This document shows, in pieces, positions 38,544 through 49,728 of a stretch of 64,000 nt of DNA. Position numbers and translations under genes: made by a program. The stretch's first letter is position 1. Every line of letters starts with the position of its first letter. The DNA lies in assembly GCA_963713045.1 (NCBI GenBank), contig CAVQKE010000003.1, positions 992,001 through 1,056,000 on the forward strand, read 5' to 3'. The DNA comes from an uncultured delta proteobacterium. Its GTDB lineage: Bacteria > Myxococcota > Myxococcia > Myxococcales > Myxococcaceae. The notes beneath the pieces were generated by a model. It was not told the origin of the DNA, did not search any database, and saw only the letters and a program-made list of their open reading frames with translations.

Positions 38544-40784
38544 ATGGCCGCCTCGCTGGAATTCGAGCTGGAGACCGACTCCCACGGCCCCGACGACTTC
38601 CTGGTGGTCGGCTTCGAGGTGGAGGAGGAGATTTCGCGTCCCTTTTCGCTGGACGCCCTGGTGGCTGTGCCACCGGCTGCCGACGTCGACGCCGCCGGGT
38701 TGGTGGGGGAAAAAGCGACGCTGACCATTCACCTCGCCGCGGGCGGCGACCGCTTCTTCCATGGTGTCGTGGCCGGGGTGCGGACCTGGACCGAGGGTGT
38801 TGAGGAACCCCGCCGACGACTTCGCTTACGAGTGGTTTCCAGCGTGTGGACCCTGAGCCAGGTGACTGATTCTCGCGTGTACCAGCAGAAGAATGTCCCG
38901 GACATCGTCAAGGATGTCCTCAACCGAGAGTCAATCGATTTTCGCGACGACCTCCAGGCCAGCTACCCAGCTCGCGACTACACCACCCAGTACAATGAGA
39001 GCGACCTCGACTTCATCACCCGCCTCCTGGAGGACGTGGGCGCCTTCTTCTATTTCGAGCACGAGAAGGACAAGGACACCCTGGTCCTCGCAGACGACAG
39101 TGGCGGCTGTCCGGACATCGTCGGTGAGGCCCAGCTTCCGTTTCGCGAGCCCACCGGCATGGAGGAAAAGAAGCCTCACGTGAGCGTCCTCTCAGCACGC
39201 CTCGCGGTGCGTCCCGGAGCCGTGGTGCTCCGAGACTTCAATCCTCTCAAACCGGCCGCCGACCTGACCGCCAAGGCTGATGCCAAGCAGGACTCGAAAC
39301 GAGAGGTTTATGACTACCCGGGCGGCTACGACAACGCGGGGGCTGGAAAGGCTCTCGCCCAAATCCGTCTCGAGGCCTGGCGGGCGCAAGTCGAACGGTT
39401 CGAAGCCTCCAGCACTTCCCGGGCGCTTGCCGCTGGGAACACCTTCGAGCTCGCCGAACATCCGCTCGACGCAATGAACCAAAAGTTGCTGGTGCTGTCC
39501 GCGCACCACCGTGCTCGCCAACCCGGGGCGCTGCCTGCGAGCGCCCGGCCACGCGAGGCGCTCGAAGTGTACCGCTGCGAGGTGGAGTGCATGCGGGCCG
39601 ACGTGCCATTCCGACCTGAGAGGAGCACTCGCCGGCCGCTCATCTCCGGCACTCAGACTGCCGTCGTGGTCGGCCCGGCCGGCGAGGAGATTTACACCGA
39701 CGAATACGGCCGAATCAAAGTGCAGTTCCATTGGGATCGTCTGGGGAAAAAGAACGAGAAATCCAGTTGCTGGATTCGCGTCGCGCAGTCGTGGGCAGGA
39801 CCGGGATGGGGAGCGCTCTACATCCCGCGAATCGGGCAGGAAGTGGTGGTGGACTTCCTCGAGGGCAACCCAGACTCACCAATCGTCGCTGGAGCGGTCT
39901 ACAACGGCGCCAATCCACCGCCTCAGAAGCTTCCGGACCACAAGACGCGGAGCGGAGTGAAATCGGCAACCACCCCGGGCAGCGATGGCTCCAACGAGCT
40001 GCGCTTCGAGGATGCCAGCGGGGCCGAGGAGGTGTACTTCCACGCGCAAAAGGACCTCTCCATCGTCGTCGAGAACGATAAGACCCAGCGCATCGGTGGC
40101 AACGAAACGCTCAGCGTTGACAAAGGTCGCCAACGCACCATCGGTGGCAATCAGTTGCTCAAGGTCGGCAAGAACGACACCTCCACCGTCGGGGCAGACC
40201 AAATCCTCAGCGTGGGAGGCAACCGCTCGGTCAGCGTCGCCGGCAACCACACGGAGAGCGTGACTGGGACTCAATCCATCGATGTCTCTGGGGCTCAGAC
40301 CGTCACCGTGGCACTGGCCTCGATGGAAACGGTCGGCGCAGTGAAGACCCTCACGGTGGGCGGCGCCTACGCGGTGACGGTCGGCGCCGCAATGAACGAG
40401 CTGGTGGCTGGGCTGAAGTCCGAAGAGGTCGGAGGCGCGAAGGTGGAGGTCGTCGGCGCCAAGAGGAGCGAGCAGGTCGCAGGCTCGCGGACACTGTCCG
40501 TCGGGGGCGACCTCTCCGAGAGCATCGGCGGCAAGCGGACCCTCAAGGTGGGGAAGGACTTGGTGGTCAGCGTGGCCGGGAAACTGCTGCAGACGACCCA
40601 GGATGCCTATGTGTTGAAGGCCAAGGAAATCACCTTGGATGCCGAGGACCAGGTGGTTCTCAAAGTGGGCTCCGCCACCCTGGAGTTCAAGAGCAGCGGC
40701 GACGTGGTCGTCAAGGGAGCGAAAATCGAGGTCAACGCCAGTGGCGACCTCGTGCTGAAGGGCTCGAAGATTAGTCAGAACTAG
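38544..40784 (+). CDS. vgrG: canonical T6SS spike protein VgrG (TssI)
   Basis: Full VgrG motifs plus gp5 C-terminal repeats ending KGSKISQN, with no extension; AGGAGA SD. Confidence 0.96.
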   Translation: MAASLEFELETDSHGPDDFLVVGFEVEEEISRPFSLDALVAVPPAADVDAAGLVGEKATLTIHLAAGGDRFFHGVVAGVRTWTEGVEEPRRRLRLRVVSSVWTLSQVTDSRVYQQKNVPDIVKDVLNRESIDFRDDLQASYPARDYTTQYNESDLDFITRLLEDVGAFFYFEHEKDKDTLVLADDSGGCPDIVGEAQLPFREPTGMEEKKPHVSVLSARLAVRPGAVVLRDFNPLKPAADLTAKADAKQDSKREVYDYPGGYDNAGAGKALAQIRLEAWRAQVERFEASSTSRALAAGNTFELAEHPLDAMNQKLLVLSAHHRARQPGALPASARPREALEVYRCEVECMRADVPFRPERSTRRPLISGTQTAVVVGPAGEEIYTDEYGRIKVQFHWDRLGKKNEKSSCWIRVAQSWAGPGWGALYIPRIGQEVVVDFLEGNPDSPIVAGAVYNGANPPPQKLPDHKTRSGVKSATTPGSDGSNELRFEDASGAEEVYFHAQKDLSIVVENDKTQRIGGNETLSVDKGRQRTIGGNQLLKVGKNDTSTVGADQILSVGGNRSVSVAGNHTESVTGTQSIDVSGAQTVTVALASMETVGAVKTLTVGGAYAVTVGAAMNELVAGLKSEEVGGAKVEVVGAKRSEQVAGSRTLSVGGDLSESIGGKRTLKVGKDLVVSVAGKLLQTTQDAYVLKAKEITLDAEDQVVLKVGSATLEFKSSGDVVVKGAKIEVNASGDLVLKGSKISQN

Positions 40785-40919
40785 GACCGAGCCTCGCGTC
40801 ATAGTCTGCAACGGCGAGACATTTTCTCGCCAAGTGGTCCGAGCAAGGGGGGTGCCGCTTGTCACCCTCCAGCGCGTGTGGCACGTTTTCCAGGGGGCTG
40901 AGGCGGGAAGCGGGGGCGC

Positions 40920-41489
40920 ATGACTTTTGTCGACGGGAAGCGCAGCGTTGCAATCCGTTGGTTGGTCTGGCTCTCCGGCGCCCTGGTGGCCTGGGGGTGC
41001 GCACACGCGCCTCCCCCTCCCTGTGCGAATCCGCCGCCCATTTACGTCGTCCTCCAAGGCTCAAGCCAGCTCAACCCGGACGAGAAGGGCCGTCCGCTGG
41101 TGACCCAGGTCCTCGTCCTCCAGGTCAAGGGAACCGCCCGGTTGGAGGGGGCGGACTTCGCGGACTTGAGTACCAAGCCCCAGGAGGTCCTGGGCGACGA
41201 ATTGATTAGCAACAACGAGGCGGCGGTGGAGCCGTCCGGAACCACCACGGTCGGTTATCGCCGGGACCCGCGGGCCACGGCGGTGGTGGTGGTGGGCAAT
41301 TTCCGCCAGCCCTCCGGCACCAGCTGGCGGGCGGTTGCGAAGCTTCCACCGGTGGACGTCGAGCGCTGCCCAGACCAGCCCGTTCCACCAAAGGACGCTC
41401 CTGGCCCCAACGACACGGTTCTCACCTTCTCTCTGGAGGACGTCCGAGTGGTCAACCGGACACCGCCGACGAAGGGCGACGGGAAATGA
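40920..41489 (+). CDS. tssJ: T6SS outer-membrane lipoprotein TssJ
   Basis: Lipobox AWGC, LNPDEKGRP and VVGNFRQP...WR motifs; directly upstream of tssK. Confidence 0.85.
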   Translation: MTFVDGKRSVAIRWLVWLSGALVAWGCAHAPPPPCANPPPIYVVLQGSSQLNPDEKGRPLVTQVLVLQVKGTARLEGADFADLSTKPQEVLGDELISNNEAAVEPSGTTTVGYRRDPRATAVVVVGNFRQPSGTSWRAVAKLPPVDVERCPDQPVPPKDAPGPNDTVLTFSLEDVRVVNRTPPTKGDGK

Positions 41490-42847
41490 AGCCGTTGCAG
41501 CGGGTCGTTTGGAAGGAGGGGATGTTCATGTCCCCTCAGCACCTCCAGGCGCAGGACATCTTTCAAGAGGCGCTGCTGACCGCGCGCATCACGGCCCTCG
41601 AGCCTTACCCGTGGGGAGTCTTGCACGTCGAGGTTGACCAGGAGGCGCTTCGCGCCGGGCAGTTCCAGCTGCTGTCCTTCACCGGCATCCTGCCCGACGG
41701 CGTACCGCTTCAGTTCGAAAAGGGGCATCCGGAGGCACCTCCAGCCCGTCCCATCGCCGAGCAACTCCGCCCTGGGGCAAAAAGCGTCGAGGTGTACCTC
41801 GGCATTCCCAAGGAGCGGGACGGACTGGAGAGCTACGGACCGGAAGGCAACCGGGCCAGTACCGCGCGCTTTTTGGTGACCGAGCAGCAGGTGGCGGACC
41901 GAATGGCCGTGGGCTCCATCGTCCCGGTGAGCTTCGCACTCCGCAATACGCGTCTGCTGTTCGGCACCGAGCCTCGTGACGACTTTGAGTCGATGCAGAT
42001 TGCCGAGGTGACGCGGGACGCCCTCGGTGCGCCCGTCCTCGACACGGCCTTCGTCCCACCGTGTCTGCGCATCGACGCCTCACCCTACCTGATGGAGGGA
42101 CTGCGCAAGTCGTTGCAGCTGATGCTCGGCAAGGCACAGCAACTGTCCGACGCCCGCCGCCACCGAGACGCCGCCACCCTTGAATTTACCCCGGCCGACG
42201 TCACCCGCTTCCTTCAGCTGAGTGCGCTGAATGGAGTCATCCCGGTGCTCAACCACCTGGCCGAAACCGGCGAAGCACATCCCCATCTGCTCTATCTGCA
42301 CCTGCTGGCGGCCGCCGGGCAGCTATCCACCTTCGCAGTCGATGTCGACCTGCTGGCGCTTCCCAAGTTTCAGTACACCCGCCTCGGGCCAACCTTCGCC
42401 GACCTCTTCTTGAAGCTGGAGGGGATGCTGGTCGCGGTGGCGCGCGGGGGGGCGTTCAGTGTGGCGCTCGAGCTGCGCCCGGGCGGTCTCTATATTGGAA
42501 AGTTGGAAGACGAGCGCATCCCCCGCGCCTCGCAGTTCCTCCTGGCGGTCAAGAGCGAGGTTCCCGAACAGCAGGTCTCCGAGCAGCTACCGCGACTGTC
42601 GAAGATTGCCTCCACCACGGAGATTGCGCGCATCGTCCAGGCGGCTGCCCCGGGCGTGCCGCTCCAAGTGACGCATCGGCCCCCGCCCGAGGTCGCGGTG
42701 AAAGCGGGCATCGTCTATTTCACGCTGGCGACGGACGACCCCTACTGGAAAAACGCGCTTCGCGATCGTGCGGTCGCCATCTACATCCCACAGCCCTTTG
42801 ACCCAAGTCGCACCAAGATTGAGCTGCTCGCCATCCCAGGCCGCTGA
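41486..42847 (+). CDS. tssK: T6SS baseplate TssK
   Basis: VVWKEGMFMSPQHLQAQD, PWG, GILPDG and FVPPCL motifs. Confidence 0.95.
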   Translation: MKPLQRVVWKEGMFMSPQHLQAQDIFQEALLTARITALEPYPWGVLHVEVDQEALRAGQFQLLSFTGILPDGVPLQFEKGHPEAPPARPIAEQLRPGAKSVEVYLGIPKERDGLESYGPEGNRASTARFLVTEQQVADRMAVGSIVPVSFALRNTRLLFGTEPRDDFESMQIAEVTRDALGAPVLDTAFVPPCLRIDASPYLMEGLRKSLQLMLGKAQQLSDARRHRDAATLEFTPADVTRFLQLSALNGVIPVLNHLAETGEAHPHLLYLHLLAAAGQLSTFAVDVDLLALPKFQYTRLGPTFADLFLKLEGMLVAVARGGAFSVALELRPGGLYIGKLEDERIPRASQFLLAVKSEVPEQQVSEQLPRLSKIASTTEIARIVQAAAPGVPLQVTHRPPPEVAVKAGIVYFTLATDDPYWKNALRDRAVAIYIPQPFDPSRTKIELLAIPGR

Positions 42848-42880
42848 GCGCCCTGGGAAACTCCAACAGACGGGGGACCG

Positions 42881-43552
42881 ATGGACGCTGTTCATGCCGC
42901 GACGCAAGACTGCTTCGGGGCGATTCAACAACTGCGACACGCGGACCCCACCATGCTGCCTGCTCCGGAAGTCCTTCAGCGGCGGTTGCGAAGCTTCGTC
43001 GACCGGATGCAGTCCCAGCTGTCCGACGCCGGGTTGGCCCACCAAGACACCGAAGACATCACCTACGCCATTTGCGCGCTGGCAGACGAGGTGGCGCTCA
43101 ACGCCGGCGAGCCGGTGGCGAGCGGTTGGATGGGCCAACTGCTCCAGTTCCATTACTTTCGAGAGAACACTGCCGGCGATGGCTTCTTTACACGCCTCGA
43201 AGATATTCGCCGCGACCCGCGGCGACACGACGTGCTGCGGGTCTACGCGCTGTGTCTTTGGTTCGGGTTTCAGGGGCGCTATCGGGTCCGCGGTGGGGAG
43301 TTGGAGCTGATGACGCTGAGCGAGTCCTTGCAGCGTGAGGTGGGGCCACGCCCTTCGGAATTGGAAACCCTGTCGCCGAACGGAGAGCGGCCTACCGAGA
43401 CGCTCGCCCGGGCCCGGGCCAATACCACGCTGCTCTTCATCGCTGCCGGGGCGCTGGTCTTCGCGGTGCTGCTTTTCGTCGGGCTGAGGCTGGCCTTGGC
43501 TGGAAGTCTCTCTTCGATGTCTGAGGAGATGGCCGCGGTACAGGCCAAGTGA
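42881..43552 (+). CDS. tssL: T6SS membrane subunit TssL (DotU)
   Basis: YAICALADE, LQFHYF.E..AGDGFF and CL.FGFQGRY motifs; C-terminal TM; no OmpA domain. Confidence 0.93.
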   Translation: MDAVHAATQDCFGAIQQLRHADPTMLPAPEVLQRRLRSFVDRMQSQLSDAGLAHQDTEDITYAICALADEVALNAGEPVASGWMGQLLQFHYFRENTAGDGFFTRLEDIRRDPRRHDVLRVYALCLWFGFQGRYRVRGGELELMTLSESLQREVGPRPSELETLSPNGERPTETLARARANTTLLFIAAGALVFAVLLFVGLRLALAGSLSSMSEEMAAVQAK

Positions 43553-43568
43553 CGAAGGAAACCGTCGG

Positions 43569-46500
43569 ATGATTATTGGCATCATCTTTCTGGTGGTCCT
43601 GCTCTCCGTTCTGTGGACGGTGGCGCTCGTCTTCCATGTGACCTTGGTGCTGGCCATCGTTCCCACGGTGGCGGTGGTGGCCGCGGTGGCGGCCATCTTC
43701 ATCATCAAGCGGCTCCAGGCCCGGGCCGCTGCCCAAGCGATTGAGAAGACGCTGAAGTCGCAGGGAGAGGCTTTCGCGGCCCAGGTGCGCCCCGACCAGC
43801 AGCCGGAGGTCCAGGCGCTGCAGTCCGAGTTTGCCAAGGCGGTGGGAGCGCTCAAGTCCAGCAAGCTCGCCCGCGGCGGCAGTGACGCTTTGGGCGTGTT
43901 GCCCTGGTACCTCATCATCGGTCCCCCCGGCGCCGGGAAAAGCACGGCGCTGAGCAAGTCCGGGCTGCAGTTTCCCTACCTCTCCTCTGGCGGCCGCGGC
44001 ATCAAGGGGGTCGCCGGGACACGCAACTGTGAATGGTGGCTCACCAACGAGGCGGTCATCCTCGATACCGCTGGTCGCTACACCACCGAGGACAACGACC
44101 GGGACGAGTGGTTGGCGTTCCTCGACATGCTGGCCCGCAACCGGCCGAAACGGCCGCTCAACGGCCTCTTGGTGGCGGTCAGCGTCGGTGACTTCATCGA
44201 CCTGGACGAGGAGGGGTCGGTCGCCCTGGGCCAGCGGATTCGCGAACGTATTGAAGAGGTGATGTCACGGCTCAAACTGGTCCTTCCGGTGTACGTGCTG
44301 TTCACCAAGTGCGACCTGCTCGCCGGATTTGTGGAGACGTTTGGTGAGCTCAACAAGAACGAACGCGGGGAAATCTGGGGCTTCACGCTGCCGATGGAGC
44401 GCGGGGGGACGCCGGCGGAGGTCTTCAATGCCCACTTCGACGAACTGTCGGCGCAGCTGGACAGCTGGGCCATGGCGCGGTTGGGGAAAGCCCGGCGACT
44501 CGAGGAGCGCGAACGGGTCTTTCAATTTCCAGCCCAATTCGAAGGGTTGAAGCTGAACCTGGCCGAGTTCCTTCAAACGGTCTTCGTGGAGAACGTCTAC
44601 CAGGACACGCCGGTGATGCGGGGGGTGTACTTCACCAGCGGCACCCAGGAGGGTCGGCCCATCGACCGGGTGATGCGCGCCATGGCGTCCGCGTTCGGAA
44701 TGCAAAACGCGCTGCCCGAAGGCGAGGCAGCACCGCAGGACCCGAAGAGCTATTTCCTGCGTGACGTCTTCTCGCGAGTCATCTTCAAGGACCAGAACCT
44801 CGCCATCCGAACTTCGAGCGCGAGCCGGCGCGCTCTCCTGCTGCAGCGCATCTACACCGGCGCCGCTCTCGGCGCGGCCGCACTGTTGCTCATTTTTCCG
44901 ACCATCGCCTTCTTCAACAATTTGAGCGTCATTCGCAGCACCCGCGAGATGGTGGCCTCGCTCAAGGGCGAACTCGACACCGGCTCGACTCGAGCCTTGC
45001 GCGCGCTCAATCCGCTGCAGCGCCGCCTGGATGAGCTGGTCCAATGGCAGAGGGACGGCGCGCCGTGGCTGATGCGCTTCGGAATGTACCAGGGTGACTC
45101 AGTCCTCGAGCGGACCGAGGGCTTCTACGGCAGCACCGTGCGGGACTTGCTGGTCAAACAGGTGCTCGACCGGAGCGACCGCTCGTTGGCTGCGTTTGTC
45201 CACGACCAACAGCGCGTACAAACGACGCTCACCGCCAGGGAGCATCTCCCCTTCTGGGAGGCACTGAAGCTGCACTTGCTGCTCACCGCGCCGAAGGGGA
45301 GGCTCGAGCCGCCACTGGATGCGCCGGTCCAGGCGTGGCTACTGCCACGGCTGACCGACCCCTACCTTCAACGCCTCGGAGCCAACAGCGAGGACGGCAA
45401 AGCGGTGAAGGCGCATACCGCGCTCTACCTGCGGCTGTTGGGAACCGACCCGACGCTGGCACTCCCCCGGGACGAAGCGCTGGTGGAGAACGCCCGGGTG
45501 CAGCTGAGACGCCTGCCCCTCAGCGAGTTGGCACTGGAGCGCCTGGTCGCCGATGTGTCGCGCGACGACGCCGACCTGAACCTCAGCACCATCCTCGGCG
45601 GCACGGTCCCGGAGCTGACCTCCAATCGGCGGGTACGGGGTGCGTTCACCAAGAAAGCCTACGACGAGAAGGCCTCCGACCTTCTCAAATCTGGGATGCA
45701 GACCGGCGACGCGTGGGTCCTCTCGGACGCGGCCGATGACTCGGGCAAGGCGGCGAGCGATTTGAGTAGCGCCTACTTTCGCGCCTACGCCGCCGAGTGG
45801 CGCAGCTTCCTCGAGTCAATCGGGTACACGTCACTCGCCGGTGACCGCTCCGCCGTCCAGGGACTGTTGGAGAACCTGACCAGCGGCGCCCAGCCGCCTT
45901 TGGCGCGGCTCTTCTCCACGGTGGGCTTCAACACCCGGCTCACCGGGAAAGTGGAGGAAATCGGCCTCGATTTGAAAGACAAGTTGGAACAGAAGCTCGA
46001 GCAGGCGACGAAGGGAAAGGTGGAGGCGCCCGCCGCCGGACGCGACGACCCGGACCGGCCCTTCACGGCGAGCGACCTGCGGCAGACGTTTGAGGGCTTT
46101 GTCAGCTTTGGTGCCTCTTCGCGCAAACAAGCAGATGGAGCACCGAAAGATGCGGTGCCCCTGGACGGCTACCAAGAGCAGCTGATTCTCATCCGCGACG
46201 CGTTGCGCTCGGACGCCCAGGATTCGGCGGCACTGGGCCAGCGCTTTCAGACGGCCCGCGCCCGCGTCGAGGGACTGGTGAACGGACAGGGACCAGGCTG
46301 GTGGCGACCGCTGTTGACCAACCTCCTCGTCCCGCCGGTGGACCAGGCCTACCAATCGGTGATGAAGGGCGCCCGAGTCGATGCGCTGGCCAAGTTCTGT
46401 AGTGCCGTCGGCGAGCCCTTCAAGCGTCTGGCGGGTCGCTATCCCTTTGCTCACGCCGGCCAGGACGCGCCACTCGCTGACGTGGCTGATTTCTTCAAGC

Positions 46501-47123
46501 CCAAAAGTGGGCAGCTGTGGGGGCACTACGAGTCGGACATGCGGAACCAAGTGCTCCAGGCAGGTGACCGTTTCATCTACCCGCCGGGTTCGTCCCGAGT
46601 GTACCCGGCCTCGGTGCTCGCCTACCTCGCCCGGGCGACGCAGGTGACGCGGGCCATGTTTCCTCCCGCCAGCAGCGACCCGTTGGTGGCCTTTGCGCTC
46701 CACATCCAGCCATCACCCAAACTCGCCAGCATCGCTGTCTCCATCGACGGCCAGTCAGTCGACTACCGGAACGGCCCGGAGGAGTGGTACCAATTCAAGT
46801 GGCCGCTGGCGGGAAAGGCCCCTGGCGCCTCCATCCGGGTGCGCGATTCGCGCGGCCGTACCGAGACCATCCAGCAGGACGGGGAATGGGGGTTGTTGCG
46901 TCTCTTCGAGTTGGGGCAAGTCCGGTCGGTCGGTGCCACCACCTTCACCGTCGCCTGGCGCGTGCCAACGCTGGATGCAGAGGTGGTGATGGACTTCCGT
47001 CCGGCACGCAGCGACACCCCTTTCTTCGGCTCGGCAAAGGGCGGCAGGCCACAGCCGCTGCAGCCCTTCCGAGCGCCAGGTCTGCTCCCACCCACATTCC
47101 CCGTTTGTCGGACCGGTGGGTGA
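43569..47123 (+). CDS. tssM: T6SS membrane subunit TssM (IcmF)
   Basis: LPWYLIIGPPGAGKST Walker A, GTRNCEWW, DTAGRY, PVYVLFTKCDLLAGF, RGVYFTSGTQEG and G.WGLLRL motifs. Confidence 0.96.
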   Translation: MIIGIIFLVVLLSVLWTVALVFHVTLVLAIVPTVAVVAAVAAIFIIKRLQARAAAQAIEKTLKSQGEAFAAQVRPDQQPEVQALQSEFAKAVGALKSSKLARGGSDALGVLPWYLIIGPPGAGKSTALSKSGLQFPYLSSGGRGIKGVAGTRNCEWWLTNEAVILDTAGRYTTEDNDRDEWLAFLDMLARNRPKRPLNGLLVAVSVGDFIDLDEEGSVALGQRIRERIEEVMSRLKLVLPVYVLFTKCDLLAGFVETFGELNKNERGEIWGFTLPMERGGTPAEVFNAHFDELSAQLDSWAMARLGKARRLEERERVFQFPAQFEGLKLNLAEFLQTVFVENVYQDTPVMRGVYFTSGTQEGRPIDRVMRAMASAFGMQNALPEGEAAPQDPKSYFLRDVFSRVIFKDQNLAIRTSSASRRALLLQRIYTGAALGAAALLLIFPTIAFFNNLSVIRSTREMVASLKGELDTGSTRALRALNPLQRRLDELVQWQRDGAPWLMRFGMYQGDSVLERTEGFYGSTVRDLLVKQVLDRSDRSLAAFVHDQQRVQTTLTAREHLPFWEALKLHLLLTAPKGRLEPPLDAPVQAWLLPRLTDPYLQRLGANSEDGKAVKAHTALYLRLLGTDPTLALPRDEALVENARVQLRRLPLSELALERLVADVSRDDADLNLSTILGGTVPELTSNRRVRGAFTKKAYDEKASDLLKSGMQTGDAWVLSDAADDSGKAASDLSSAYFRAYAAEWRSFLESIGYTSLAGDRSAVQGLLENLTSGAQPPLARLFSTVGFNTRLTGKVEEIGLDLKDKLEQKLEQATKGKVEAPAAGRDDPDRPFTASDLRQTFEGFVSFGASSRKQADGAPKDAVPLDGYQEQLILIRDALRSDAQDSAALGQRFQTARARVEGLVNGQGPGWWRPLLTNLLVPPVDQAYQSVMKGARVDALAKFCSAVGEPFKRLAGRYPFAHAGQDAPLADVADFFKPKSGQLWGHYESDMRNQVLQAGDRFIYPPGSSRVYPASVLAYLARATQVTRAMFPPASSDPLVAFALHIQPSPKLASIAVSIDGQSVDYRNGPEEWYQFKWPLAGKAPGASIRVRDSRGRTETIQQDGEWGLLRLFELGQVRSVGATTFTVAWRVPTLDAEVVMDFRPARSDTPFFGSAKGGRPQPLQPFRAPGLLPPTFPVCRTGG

Positions 47124-48054
47124 TGCCGTGAGAATGTTCCCGGCGGTGCAAACGGCTGGCCTGTACGGGAAAATCCCCGCCCAAGGGGACTTCATTCGAA
47201 CCAACGTGAGCGATCCGACCGCTCAGCAATTCACCCGTTGGCTGGAGGAAGCGCAGGAGGTGCTGTACCGGACCACGGCCGTCCTTCCGGAACTTCCGGT
47301 GTGCTTCCTTTATGCGGTAACCCCGGCGCGAAACGCGCTGGTTGGCGCGCTGGTCCCGAGCCGAGATGCTGTGGGGCGAGTCTTTCCGCTGGCCATCTTC
47401 GTGCAAGTGGAGGCGACGGCCTTGGCGCTTCGCTATCCGCTGGTGCCGCTGGCCTTCGTCGGCTTTTTCGGGGAAGCGGTCCGATTGCTCCGAGAGACCT
47501 CGTCGATGTCGGCTCCCGAGCTGACCGCCCGCGTCAGCCGGCTCCCGCTCCCCGCTTCGTCGGACTGGGAGTTTGCCGAGGGCCTCTTGCAAACGCTTCT
47601 CGACCGGCCGTCGGAAGGTCTTTTGGCCAGCGTCTCTGACGGTGCCGGGGGCGCCGCATATGGTTTTCGGACGTTCCTTTCGGCCTGCGCGGCGGAGCGC
47701 TCGGAGCCCCCGGAACGGACACGGGTCGTGCTGGACTGCCCGGTGGCCGGCGAGGGGCCTGCCCTCTGGCTTGAGCTGGCCTCGAAGACGCTCGCTTGGC
47801 GACAGGCGCCACCGGCATTCCTCTGGACAGAGGCAGCGCCGCCGCGCCTGCTTCTGTCGCTCGGTGCTCCTCCCGCTGCGCTCCTCAGCCACCTGGCCAA
47901 GGGGGACTCTCGGCTTTCAGTGGTTTGGCCGCTGCGCACCTCGCAGCCAGCAGCACAGCAAGCCGCCGCCCAAGCCCTGTCCGCCAACCAACGCGCGGCG
48001 CTGGCCTCACCGGACTGGCCCATCGGTCGGCTTTTTTCGGCATTGACTTCCTAA
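47116..48054 (+). CDS. tagF: T6SS-associated TagF
   Basis: GLYGKIPAQGDFIR and PSRDAVGR.FPL motifs. Start 47116 or slightly downstream. Confidence 0.9.
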   Translation: MGDAVRMFPAVQTAGLYGKIPAQGDFIRTNVSDPTAQQFTRWLEEAQEVLYRTTAVLPELPVCFLYAVTPARNALVGALVPSRDAVGRVFPLAIFVQVEATALALRYPLVPLAFVGFFGEAVRLLRETSSMSAPELTARVSRLPLPASSDWEFAEGLLQTLLDRPSEGLLASVSDGAGGAAYGFRTFLSACAAERSEPPERTRVVLDCPVAGEGPALWLELASKTLAWRQAPPAFLWTEAAPPRLLLSLGAPPAALLSHLAKGDSRLSVVWPLRTSQPAAQQAAAQALSANQRAALASPDWPIGRLFSALTS

Positions 48055-48067
48055 GGACTGCGCGACG

Positions 48068-49660
48068 ATGGCCATTCCCCCCGAGGAGCTGGCGAAACGG
48101 GTGCAGGTATGGCTCGAGCCAGTTTCCGCCGCAGCCGTGACAGGCAGCAACGCACGCTACCTTCCGGAGTACGAAAAGCTCGTCGGCGAAGTCGCAAAGC
48201 TCGACGCACCCACCGGTGGAGCCGTTGATTGGGTCCAGGTGGGCAAACTCGGCGGCGAGATTCTCCAAAAGAAGTCTAAGGATGTGCTCATTGCTGCCTA
48301 CATGGGCTACGGCCTGTACGCTGCGAAGCGCTCTCTCGGTGGACTGCTGGACGGGCTGGTCTTGATGGCGGAGCTCCTCGAGCGGTACTGGGACACGCTT
48401 TTCCCTGAACTGGCCCGTACCAAAGCCCGCGCCAACGCCGTCGGCTGGTTCGTCCAGCGGAGTACCAACGGCCTGCTCGGCGTCAACGTCTCAGCGGCCG
48501 ACCGAGAGACCATCGAATCTCTGCTGCCAGCGGCCCAGCGACTGGGCGAGCTTTCACGCACGAAGTTCCCCAGTGGTGGGCCGGCGTTTGGGCCGCTGTT
48601 TGAGGCGCTCGAACGGCTGAAGCTGCAGCTGCCACCCGAGGCCCCGCCCGAGCCTCCCCCTTCAGCGGCGCCCGCTCCGCAGACCGCGGCGACACAGGCG
48701 GTGGCCAGTGGCGAGCCCCTGCCGGCGCCGGCGCCCACACCAGCTTCACTCGCCGCACCCCCGCCACCCGCTGCCAGTGGGGACGTCGAGGCTTATCTGC
48801 GCGGGTTGAGCGAGGCGTTATCCACAACGGCGGACAACCTCCGGCACGCAAACCTCGCAGACCCGCTCGCCTACCGTCTTTTGCGGGCCGGGCTGTGGCT
48901 CGGGCTGGCCCAGGTTCCGCCGAAGGGCCCCAATGGCCGCGCCCCGTTTCCGCCGCTGCGGGCTCCCTTCCGCTTGCAGCTCGACACCATGGCCGCCAAC
49001 GCCAAATGGCCCGAGCTGATTGAGGAGGCGGAGTCGGCACTCACTCAAAACCGCTTCAACCTGGACTTGAGTCGCTTCACCGCCCGGGCGCTCGCCGCAC
49101 TCGGCGCCAGCCACGAGGCGGCCCGGAAGGCCGTCGAGGCGGAGGTTGCAGCGCTCGTCAGACGGCTGCCCGGTGTCGTGGAACTGCTCGCCAACGACGG
49201 GACCGCCGTGGCAGATGGCCAAACGCGCGCTTGGCTCGAGATGGAGGTGTCGGGGCAGACCGGTGCCGCGGCCGGGGCGGGGGTAGGAGATGACACAGCC
49301 GCGGCGGTCCGTGACGCTAAGTCACTGTTCGCAGGAGGCAAATCGGCTGAGGGGCTGGCACTCCTTCAGGGGAAAGTCCAAAGCGCGGGGAGCGGGCATG
49401 CGCGATTTCGCCTCAGGTTGGAATTGGCCAAGCTCTGTACTGCAGCGAGTCAACCCGCGTTGGCCCGCGCTTTGTATTCGGCGCTTGCCAAGGAATGCAC
49501 ACTGCATGACTTAGACACCTGGCAGCCGGAGCTGACCGTGGAGTGTTTGGAGGGGCTGTTGTCTTCCAGGCCGGCCGGCGCCCTGTCGGAAGAGGACAGT
49601 GGCTACTACCAACGCTTGTGTCGGATTTCTCCGGCTGCTGCAATGCGGATTCAGACGTGA
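48068..49660 (+). CDS. tssA: T6SS TssA
   Basis: ImpA_N domain (DW..V......L..KSKD, L..YWDTLFP....AR), Pro-rich linker and C-terminal domain with LDTWQPEL. Confidence 0.9.
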   Translation: MAIPPEELAKRVQVWLEPVSAAAVTGSNARYLPEYEKLVGEVAKLDAPTGGAVDWVQVGKLGGEILQKKSKDVLIAAYMGYGLYAAKRSLGGLLDGLVLMAELLERYWDTLFPELARTKARANAVGWFVQRSTNGLLGVNVSAADRETIESLLPAAQRLGELSRTKFPSGGPAFGPLFEALERLKLQLPPEAPPEPPPSAAPAPQTAATQAVASGEPLPAPAPTPASLAAPPPPAASGDVEAYLRGLSEALSTTADNLRHANLADPLAYRLLRAGLWLGLAQVPPKGPNGRAPFPPLRAPFRLQLDTMAANAKWPELIEEAESALTQNRFNLDLSRFTARALAALGASHEAARKAVEAEVAALVRRLPGVVELLANDGTAVADGQTRAWLEMEVSGQTGAAAGAGVGDDTAAAVRDAKSLFAGGKSAEGLALLQGKVQSAGSGHARFRLRLELAKLCTAASQPALARALYSALAKECTLHDLDTWQPELTVECLEGLLSSRPAGALSEEDSGYYQRLCRISPAAAMRIQT

Positions 49661-49728
49661 TTGACTGCTACCAGGCCCTTTGGCCCGCGAGTGCGCCCGG
49701 GGGGCTACCACAGGGGGAGTTCAGCGCC

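Noticed and set aside
40878..40895. sigma54 promoter upstream of tssJ (TGGCACG)
   Set aside because: The -24 half matches, but there is no TTGC/GC at the -12 position.
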